Shown here piece by piece: positions 57,062 through 64,000 of a stretch of DNA of 64,000 bases. Each line of letters starts with the position of its first letter. Positions within the stretch are counted from its first letter, which is position 1. The notes under the pieces were generated by a model. The model did not search any database. It saw nothing but the letters and a program-made list of their open reading frames with translations, and was not told the DNA's origin. This DNA comes from Spirochaetia bacterium (lineage in GTDB: Bacteria; Spirochaetota; Spirochaetia; UBA9216). A program made the translations under genes and the position numbers. The DNA lies in NCBI GenBank assembly GCA_963675665.1, contig OY776510.1, positions 3,328,001 to 3,392,000 on the forward strand, read 5' to 3'.

Positions 57062-59098
57062 TTAAAGGCCGCCTTCTTTAGGTGCGAAGTGACTGAATTC
57101 CATTGAAAATGTGCCGCGCCCCTGGGAGAGGGAACGAAGAATAGTGGAATAACCGAACATGCGTGAAAGCGGTGCCTGGGCATTAATATGTTCAATTGCC
57201 GGTCTGCTTTCAAGGCTGTGCACGATGCCTCCGCGGGTAGTTATATTATTAATTACTTCACCTATATAATCCTTGGGGCAGAGAACATCAACGCTCATAA
57301 TCGGCTCAAGAAGCAAAGGCTTTGCGCTGCGGCAAGCATTATCATAACCAAGCGCGGCTGCTGCCTCGAATGCAAAAGCTGTCGATGTAAGCTCATTGTA
57401 GTCAGCGCCTGTAAGCGTCACCCCGACATCGATACATGGATAGCCGAACATGATGCCGCTTGAAAATGAATTTACTACACCGCGTCTGACTGCATCCTGA
57501 AATTCGCGTGGCAATTCTGATTCAGGCACATTTGATGAAAATATGTTTCCGGAACCGCGATTCAGGGGAGACACTTTTAACGTAACTGCAGCTGTATTTT
57601 CCTTTCCTGCTACAATCTTGTTGAATTTCTCAGTGTGTTCCGAAACGGCACTGATTGATTCACGGTATGAAACCTGAGGATTGCCTATTTTTGCTTCAAC
57701 CTTGAATTCCCTGATTATTCTTGTTACGAGAACATCAATATGCAGTTCTCCCATACCCGATATTACAAGTTGTCCTGTTTCATCGTTTTCCCTGACCGTA
57801 AAGGTAGGATCTTCTCTGGTTAAAGTATTAAGACTTTTTTTGAGTTTATCCATATCGGACATTGTTTTGGGTTCTATTGCAACCGTTATAACCGGTTCAG
57901 GGAAATGCATGGATTCGAGAAGTACCTGCTGTCCCTCACTGCCAATTGTATCGCCGGTCTGAGCTTCCTTCATGCCTATGATTACGCCTATATCTCCGGC
58001 TGAAAGACTGGACAGGTCTTCTGATGTGTTCGAATGCATTCTGAGTATTCTGTTAAGCCTTTCGCGTTTGCGTTTGTTCATATTATAAACAGCAGTACCT
58101 TTTTTGATTACCCCGGAATAAACCCGGACAAAACACAACGCACCTGCTTCACGGTCATTCTGTATCTTAAAAACCAGAGCAAGTGGAGCGCCTTCAGAAG
58201 AGCGTTCGATTAAAATTTCATTTTCGTTCTTAACAGATATACCCGGAACAGGTGGCAGATCAGCCGGGGCCGGAAGATAGTCCACTATTCCGTCCAGAAG
58301 CGGCTGTACTCCAATATTTCTGAGAGATGCTCCGACAAATATCGGAACAAATTTCTGCCTGAGAACACCTTTTCGTATTGCAGCATTTAAAGTATCAAGC
58401 GGAATATCTTTGCCTTCAAGATATAGTTCCATAATTTCATCGGATACATTTCCGAGCTTGTCAAAAATATTTTCTTTCCACTTTTCCGCCAGTTCAGCAT
58501 GTTCGTCTGACAGCTCCCGGTATTCGAGGCCGGCTTTCGAATCATCTTCAGGCCAGAAAATTTCCCTCATGTTAAGAATATCGATAATGCCTTTAAAATC
58601 GGATTCCGATCCGATAGGCAGATACAGCGGAAGAGTTTCAGCACCAAGTTTTTCTTCAATTTCATCTACTACTGCAAAAAAGTCGGCGCCGATTCTGTCC
58701 ATCTTGTTTATATAAGCAATACGGGGAACATTATAGGTATCTGCCTGATGCCAGACTGTTTCAGACTGGGGTTCTACACCGCCGACTGCGCAAAAAATTG
58801 CGACTGCTCCATCCAGGACCCTTAGAGATCTTTCAACCTCAGCAGTGAAGTCAACATGACCCGGAGTATCAATAATATTAATCTGATGATCATTCCAGTA
58901 ACATGTTGTTGCTGCAGAAACTATTGTAATTCCGCGGTCCTGCTCCTGTTCCATCCAGTCCATAGTTGCTTCGCCGTCGTCAACTTCACCGATCCGGTGG
59001 CTTTTCCCGGTGTAAAAAAGAATTCTTTCGGTGGTTGTTGTCTTCCCGGCATCTATATGGGCCATAATCCCAATGTTTCTCATTTTCTCTACTGACAT
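57062..59098 (-). CDS. fusA: Elongation factor G (canonical G domain, divergent domain IV)
   Basis: [38 protein letters not shown]; domain IV loops altered. Confidence 0.93.
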   Translation of the reverse strand: MSVEKMRNIGIMAHIDAGKTTTTERILFYTGKSHRIGEVDDGEATMDWMEQEQDRGITIVSAATTCYWNDHQINIIDTPGHVDFTAEVERSLRVLDGAVAIFCAVGGVEPQSETVWHQADTYNVPRIAYINKMDRIGADFFAVVDEIEEKLGAETLPLYLPIGSESDFKGIIDILNMREIFWPEDDSKAGLEYRELSDEHAELAEKWKENIFDKLGNVSDEIMELYLEGKDIPLDTLNAAIRKGVLRQKFVPIFVGASLRNIGVQPLLDGIVDYLPAPADLPPVPGISVKNENEILIERSSEGAPLALVFKIQNDREAGALCFVRVYSGVIKKGTAVYNMNKRKRERLNRILRMHSNTSEDLSSLSAGDIGVIIGMKEAQTGDTIGSEGQQVLLESMHFPEPVITVAIEPKTMSDMDKLKKSLNTLTREDPTFTVRENDETGQLVISGMGELHIDVLVTRIIREFKVEAKIGNPQVSYRESISAVSEHTEKFNKIVAGKENTAAVTLKVSPLNRGSGNIFSSNVPESELPREFQDAVRRGVVNSFSSGIMFGYPCIDVGVTLTGADYNELTSTAFAFEAAAALGYDNACRSAKPLLLEPIMSVDVLCPKDYIGEVINNITTRGGIVHSLESRPAIEHINAQAPLSRMFGYSTILRSLSQGRGTFSMEFSHFAPKEGGL

Positions 59099-59233
59099 TA
59101 ATTTTCTCCGCGGGCATATTATCACAGAATGCTGTTACAATTAAAGACTATTTGTGAAATTAGATAAATGGAATATGTGTTTGCGCTGAATCAGCAGCCC
59201 TGAAATTAATCAGAAAATAATTACCGGGCCTTC

Positions 59234-59262
59234 TTGACAAAATTTTTGTACTCTGGTATTTT
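59234..59262 (+). promoter_or_regulatory. Sigma70-type promoter of tRNA-Val
   Basis: TTGACA-17 bp-TATTTT with an extended TG. Confidence 0.7.
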
Positions 59263-59278
59263 CATTCACACGATGCAA

Positions 59279-59351
59279 GGGCGATTAGCTCAGTTGGGAG
59301 AGCGCCTGCCTTACAAGCAGGATGTCGGGGGTTCAAGTCCCTCATCGCCCA
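59279..59351 (+). tRNA. tRNA-Val (TAC)
   Basis: GGGCGAT/ATCGCCC acceptor, CCTGC-CTTACAA-GCAGG anticodon arm, GTTCAA T-loop; CCA not encoded. Confidence 0.97.
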
Positions 59352-59353
59352 TT

Positions 59354-59387
59354 AGACCATAAATCTGATTTATGGTCTTTTTTTTTA
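59354..59387 (+). terminator. Intrinsic terminator after tRNA-Val
   Basis: AGACCATAAAT/ATTTATGGTCT stem followed by a long T-run. Confidence 0.88.
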
Positions 59388-59457
59388 TGTAATGTTATTT
59401 AATGACATAGATATGGATATGTTTTTTTCCGGCATTAAAGGTAAGACAGAAGCGTAA

Positions 59458-59486
59458 TTGATATAAAAAAAGATTGCGAATATAAT
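59458..59486 (+). promoter_or_regulatory. Promoter of the yggS operon (probably leaderless transcript)
   Basis: TTGATA-17 bp-TATAAT-6 nt-ATG. Confidence 0.65.
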
Positions 59487-59492
59487 AAAGCT

Positions 59493-60200
59493 ATGTCGAC
59501 AGAAAGAGCAGAAGAAATAAAAAATAATATTGAAATAATCAAAGGTAAAATTGATGATGCTGCACAGAAGTGCGGCCGAAGTATTGAAGAAATTAGATTA
59601 ATGGCAGTTTCAAAAACGAAACCTGTTGAAGATATAAAAGCTGCGTATGAAGCCGGGCAAAGACTTTTCGGTGAAAACAGAATTCAGGAAGCGGCTGAAA
59701 AATTTAATGAAATTCCTTCAGATGCTGAAATGCATATGATTGGGCATCTTCAGAGAAACAAAGTAAAAACAGCGGCTAAAAGTGCTTCATGTGTTCAGTC
59801 TATTGATAAATACGAAACTGCAGCGGAGCTTGATAAAAGAGTTTCGGAATATGGAAGAAAGATTGACATTCTTATTGAGATAAATACCTCAGGAGAAGCA
59901 AGTAAAAGCGGTTATGCAGATTATAATGTTTTTCTGAACGACCTTGACAAGTATATGAAACTGCAAAATCTTAATCTGAGGGGGCTTATGACTATAGCTC
60001 CTTTTACGGATAGCGAAAATGAAATAAGAAAATCTTTTGCTTCACTATATAAAAGTTATGAACGTCTTAAAAATGATGCCGGGACAGGTATTATCGATAC
60101 GCTTTCGATGGGAATGTCGTCGGATTTTGTTCTGGCTGTTATGGAAGGCAGTAATCTTGTCAGGGTTGGAACCGCTATCTTCGGGAGCAGAATATATTGA
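59493..60200 (+). CDS. yggS: PLP homeostasis protein (YggS family)
   Basis: LMAVSKT, FGENRIQE, HMIGHLQRNK, GLMT, LSMGMSSDF, VRVGTAIFG.R. Confidence 0.95.
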   Translation: MSTERAEEIKNNIEIIKGKIDDAAQKCGRSIEEIRLMAVSKTKPVEDIKAAYEAGQRLFGENRIQEAAEKFNEIPSDAEMHMIGHLQRNKVKTAAKSASCVQSIDKYETAAELDKRVSEYGRKIDILIEINTSGEASKSGYADYNVFLNDLDKYMKLQNLNLRGLMTIAPFTDSENEIRKSFASLYKSYERLKNDAGTGIIDTLSMGMSSDFVLAVMEGSNLVRVGTAIFGSRIY

Positions 60201-60604
60201 TAAAAAAGGGAATAATTGTATTAATATTAATTATAACTTTTTTCAGCGGCTGTAAAACGGTTGAAAATGATATATATGATTTAACGCCAGACAATGAGCC
60301 TGAGGAATATCAAAAAGAAGAATTCCCGAATTGGCTTCATGATCTGAGAAGGGCCGAGATAATATTTGCCGGTTCTGTTCCTTTTGCTATTCTTTTTACG
60401 AATATAGGATACAGTCTTTACGGTGCTTTCTCGGACGATTTCGGAGAAGGTTATTCCATCGAAAATTTTACAAGTTCTTCTTCAATGACCACAGAGCAGA
60501 GGTACAGGATCCTTTCAATAAGTCTGGGGCTCTCGGGAACAATTGCCGCAGCGGATTTTATAATAGGCCTGTTTAAAGATGATTCAACTGATGAAAGTGA
60601 TTAA
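60197..60604 (+). CDS. Hypothetical membrane lipoprotein
   Basis: Lipobox FFSGC and two hydrophobic segments; TTG start overlaps the yggS stop. Confidence 0.7.
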   Translation: MIKKGIIVLILIITFFSGCKTVENDIYDLTPDNEPEEYQKEEFPNWLHDLRRAEIIFAGSVPFAILFTNIGYSLYGAFSDDFGEGYSIENFTSSSSMTTEQRYRILSISLGLSGTIAAADFIIGLFKDDSTDESD

Positions 60605-61490
60605 TGTTCCTGAAAATATAAAGAACGAACGTATAGACACTGTTATTGCAGACTCAGAGAAAGTTTCCAGAAACAGCATAAAATCCCGAATAGAAGAACT
60701 TTCCGTCAATGGCAAAGCGGCAAAACTGTCCCGAAAAGTTTCAGACGGAGACATAATTGAATTCAGTCTGAATAATGAGGCGGAGATAAATATTGAGCCG
60801 GAAAATGTTCAACTCGACATTATCTATGAAGATGATAATGTTTTTGTAATTAATAAACAGTCGGGAATGGTGGTGCATCCGGCTGCGGGGAACTATTCGG
60901 GAACAATGGCTCAGGGGATTATGTTCAGACTGCTCGAAGCTGAATCTGATTTTACGGAAAATGACACAAGACCGGGTATAGTTCATCGTCTTGATAAAGA
61001 TACTTCAGGGATTATCATAGCCGCAAAAAATACCAAAACCCTTGAATTTCTCTCCGAACAGTTCAGGAATAGAAAAGCTTCAAAAACATATCTGGCCGTA
61101 ATAAACGGCAATCTTCAGGAAAAAAAAGGCAGAATCGAAACCCTCGTCGGAAGGGACCCGCGCAACAGAAAGAAAATGACATGGAAAACAAAGAACGGAA
61201 AGAACGCAGTAACAATTTACAGGGTCTTAAAGCGCTGGAGAGATAAAAGCTTTGTAGCGCTTGATCTAAAAACCGGCAGGACACATCAACTCAGGGTGCA
61301 TATGCTGAGCATGAATGCTCCTATTGCAGGAGATCCTGTTTATTCGAGAAAAACTGAAGAATACAGAATGCTGCTGCATGCATACAGGCTTAGAATAATG
61401 CTTCCGGGAGAAACCGAATACCGGGAATTCAGGGCCCCGCTGCCGGAACGTTTTAAAAAGGAAATTATCAGTCTTTCAAATAAGGATTAA
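60591..61490 (+). CDS. RluA/RluD-family 23S rRNA pseudouridine synthase
   Basis: S4-like N-terminus, NKQSGMVVHP, RPGIVHRLDKDTSG, TGRTHQLRVH, GDPVY, LHA. Confidence 0.93.
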   Translation: MKVINVPENIKNERIDTVIADSEKVSRNSIKSRIEELSVNGKAAKLSRKVSDGDIIEFSLNNEAEINIEPENVQLDIIYEDDNVFVINKQSGMVVHPAAGNYSGTMAQGIMFRLLEAESDFTENDTRPGIVHRLDKDTSGIIIAAKNTKTLEFLSEQFRNRKASKTYLAVINGNLQEKKGRIETLVGRDPRNRKKMTWKTKNGKNAVTIYRVLKRWRDKSFVALDLKTGRTHQLRVHMLSMNAPIAGDPVYSRKTEEYRMLLHAYRLRIMLPGETEYREFRAPLPERFKKEIISLSNKD

Positions 61491-62031
61491 AAGCTTTTTC
61501 CGTTCTGATGGTGCTTGGAGAACCATGTCCGGGAAAAATAAGCATGTCTTCATCCAGAGTGAATATCCTTGCGTGAATTTTGTCTTTGAGGATTTTCATT
61601 TGGGAAATTGTAAGATCGCGATCAATAGTACCGGAAAGAAGAACGTCACCTGTAAAAAGCATGTTATTTATTTTAAATATCATGGAATCCGGAGAATGTC
61701 CGGGAATATTTATAATATCAACTTTCAAATCTCCCAACCTGAGGTGATCACCGTCTTCAATACGGTTGAAATCCGTTTCAAAAGGAAGAGGCATATTGCT
61801 GTATATCTCAGCATCATATATTTTACGTAATGTTTTAATACCGTTTACATGTGAATCGTGGTTATGGGTAACAAGGATATGCCGGATATAGAAATTGTTT
61901 CTTTCAATAAGGTTGAGCAGCGGAAGATCCATGACGCCCGGATCTATAATAACAGCGTCTCCTCCCTCAGCCGGTCCAAGAAGATATGTGTTTGAAAAAT
62001 TCGACAAAACAAAATGGAAAAATAATTTCAC
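61468..62031 (-). CDS. Metallo-beta-lactamase-fold hydrolase (glyoxalase II-like)
   Basis: NTYL, IDPG, THNHDSH, PGHS, FTGD, PGHG; GTG start. Confidence 0.85.
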   Translation of the reverse strand: MKLFFHFVLSNFSNTYLLGPAEGGDAVIIDPGVMDLPLLNLIERNNFYIRHILVTHNHDSHVNGIKTLRKIYDAEIYSNMPLPFETDFNRIEDGDHLRLGDLKVDIINIPGHSPDSMIFKINNMLFTGDVLLSGTIDRDLTISQMKILKDKIHARIFTLDEDMLIFPGHGSPSTIRTEKAFNPYLKD

Positions 62032-62624
62032 GGCATTTGCCCCTTGTCAAACTCAGCCTCTTCATGATTTGAGTATTTAAAACTTGTATTGTTTATTGTT
62101 GAATTTAAATAGCTTACTTTTTTCAGATTACAGTCTTTAAAGGATGAATCCTGAATACCTGCTGAAATATAAGATGAATAGTAAAGATCACAACTTTCAA
62201 ATACAGTATTTTTTATTGTTGAACCGTTAAAGTTTGAATGAAGAATCTCGGAATCAATAAAATTGCAGTTGTAAAAGACTGAACCGCCGAAAACAGAATA
62301 ACGTATATCGGATTTTCTGAAACTGCAGTTATTAAATCGACAAAAATCAAAAAAACATAACTTAATGGAAAGATCGTCAAAAACCATGTTGTTAAATACG
62401 GTTTCGGAAAATTTACTGGTTATAATATTCCGGCACGGAACGGTAATTCCGGATAATTCAGCATGGCAAAGTTTATAATTGGACATTGTGTCGCAATCGG
62501 AAAGCGATGCGGAAATATTTTGAATATATTCATTAAAATTATCCAAATGTGCATAACAATATCTGCTGCCTGTAACTGCATGTTCATGACAATTTTTTAT
62601 GGCACATTTTCTTGATGAAAACAT
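62028..62624 (-). CDS. Pentapeptide-repeat protein with N-terminal Cys/His knuckle
   Basis: C-x4-C-x9-C-x2-H, then xFxxC/xLxxS 5-residue periodicity; likely start ATG 62624. Confidence 0.8.
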   Translation of the reverse strand: MFSSRKCAIKNCHEHAVTGSRYCYAHLDNFNEYIQNISASLSDCDTMSNYKLCHAELSGITVPCRNIITSKFSETVFNNMVFDDLSIKLCFFDFCRFNNCSFRKSDIRYSVFGGSVFYNCNFIDSEILHSNFNGSTIKNTVFESCDLYYSSYISAGIQDSSFKDCNLKKVSYLNSTINNTSFKYSNHEEAEFDKGQMP

Positions 62625-62718
62625 AAAATTAATATAACAGGCTTTTTTGGTTTTTGCCAGCAAATAATCAGACATGCAGATACTGGACAATGCCGATTTA
62701 TACGGATATTATTTCTGC

Positions 62719-63009
62719 ATGTCCTATTGTTATGCATGCGGTATAAAATTTCCGGAAGATTTCAAGGTATACAGAACGACTGAATGCCCATCATGCGGAC
62801 GAGATGTTAAGGTATGCCGGAATTGCGCTTTTTACAGCCCGAACTCCAGTATGGACTGCACTGAAAACATCCAGGAAGCGGTGACAGACAAGGAAAAAGC
62901 AAATTTTTGCGATTACTTCAAACTCGGCGACCGTACAGACGACGGAAGTACTGACAAAAAATCACGCGACGCGCGCAAAGCTTTTAACAGTCTTTTCGGC
63001 GATGAATAA
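62719..63009 (+). CDS. Small Cys-rich (Zn-binding) hypothetical protein
   Basis: CYACG, CPSCG, CRNC, NFCDYF, FNSLF; overlaps the murI start. Confidence 0.75.
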   Translation: MSYCYACGIKFPEDFKVYRTTECPSCGRDVKVCRNCAFYSPNSSMDCTENIQEAVTDKEKANFCDYFKLGDRTDDGSTDKKSRDARKAFNSLFGDE

Positions 63010-63793
63010 TTCTCCGCTTGCTTTTCTTGATTCAGGTATAGGCGGTCTACCGTACCTGGAATGGCTGAAAGAAAGACTTCCGCAGGAATCGTTCGTATAT
63101 CTTGCAGACAACCTTAATTTCCCTTATGGAACAAAATCAAAAGAACAGCTCGTGAAAATAATGAGTGATACGATGAATTTCCTGTATCGAAAATATAATC
63201 CGAAGGCGGCAGTTATTGCCTGTAATACAGCATCTGTAATCAGCCTTGCAAGTTTGAGAGAAGAATTCAGATTTCCTATAATTGGTGTTGTTCCTGCAGT
63301 TAAACCTGCAGCATTTATGTCGCGAAAAAAAAGAATAGGGTTGATGGCTTCAAACAGAACAATAGAAGATTCCTATACGGAAAACCTGATAAATGAGCAT
63401 GCGTCGGATTGCGCAGTGTTCAGATATGCAGGAACCGAAATAATTGATTTTATTGAAAACAAGCTATGTACAGCAACAACAGAAGAAGCTACAGAGATTA
63501 TCAGGCCCGCTGTTGATTTTTTTATCAATAATGACGTCGATATACTTGTTCTCGGATGTACGCATTTTTTGTTCCTTGAAAAGCAGCTTCAGTCTTTGTT
63601 GGGTGATGGAATAAGCATAATAGATTCTCGGGAAGGCGTAGGCAACCAGATAATAAGGGTTCTCGGTAATAATGATTTGCTTTCAGCTGAAAAAATGGAT
63701 GATTATTTTATTCTTACAGGTACTGAAAAAAACAGGGAAAAGATTAAAAACTACAACTGGATATCGGAGAAATACGGGTTGTGCGCGGTTTAG
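63002..63793 (+). CDS. murI: Glutamate racemase
   Basis: DSGIGGL, FPYGTK, IACNTAS, GVVPAVKPA, LGCTHF. Confidence 0.95.
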   Translation: MNNSPLAFLDSGIGGLPYLEWLKERLPQESFVYLADNLNFPYGTKSKEQLVKIMSDTMNFLYRKYNPKAAVIACNTASVISLASLREEFRFPIIGVVPAVKPAAFMSRKKRIGLMASNRTIEDSYTENLINEHASDCAVFRYAGTEIIDFIENKLCTATTEEATEIIRPAVDFFINNDVDILVLGCTHFLFLEKQLQSLLGDGISIIDSREGVGNQIIRVLGNNDLLSAEKMDDYFILTGTEKNREKIKNYNWISEKYGLCAV

Positions 63794-64000
63794 TAAGGTT
63801 CGGTATAAATAACATATATACCGTAGAATGCGGCAGCGATATTTTTGAATGCAGAATCAAGGGTAAAAAACTGAAATCGGAACGAAGTGAATACAATCCC
63901 ATATGTTCCGGTGATTTTGTTGAGATTGAGCCGGATTCCAACCATCCGGGAAAAGGAATGATCATCTCAAGGCATGAGAGGAAAAATTCATTTGCCCGGT
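63781..64000 (+). CDS. rsgA: Ribosome small subunit-dependent GTPase A, 3'-truncated (absent from the ORF track)
   Basis: Manual translation from GTG 63781: MRGLVRFGINNIYTVECGSDIFECRIKGKKLK...NPICSGDFVEIE...GMIISRHERKNSFAR, the RsgA N-terminal OB-fold pattern. Confidence 0.82.
   Translation, partial: MRGLVRFGINNIYTVECGSDIFECRIKGKKLKSERSEYNPICSGDFVEIEPDSNHPGKGMIISRHERKNSFAR

Noticed and set aside
135-63965. Numerous 60-210 aa antisense or alternate-frame ORFs (e.g. 34388-34918, 46088-46699, 55663-56292)
   Set aside because: They are shadows of well-supported genes, with no motifs or translation signals.

Overview
About 64 kb of core chromosome from an AT-rich anaerobic or aerotolerant bacterium, most likely a free-living spirochaete (inferred from a spirochaete-type EF-G paralogue, an ODP-chemoreceptor pair and the mfd/PilZ neighbourhood). 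It holds a lipB-lipA-permease operon, a six-gene glycogen operon, a Pta-like/butyrate kinase fusion, a [FeFe]-hydrogenase operon with a GltD-like partner, a membrane Na+-PPase, glycine cleavage genes, rubrerythrin, two tRNAs, an LVIVD lipoprotein, mfd-trmB, citrate synthase, pdhABC (no E3), two tandem EF-G paralogues and yggS/RluA/murI/rsgA. No mobile element, CRISPR array or rRNA was seen. Most notable: (1) the glycogen operon has no glgX or malQ but encodes, as two separate genes, apparent homologues of the two halves of the eukaryotic indirect glycogen debranching enzyme, beside a eukaryote-type branching enzyme; (2) nine genes show a -10 box exactly 6 nt before the ATG, suggesting widespread leaderless mRNAs; (3) the hydrogenase operon keeps only the non-catalytic C-terminal domain of an HfsC-type phosphatase; (4) the two EF-Gs are degenerate in complementary domains; (5) the stop-codon region of one EF-G gene is triplicated in frame. 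All family assignments come from recalled motifs, not database searches.
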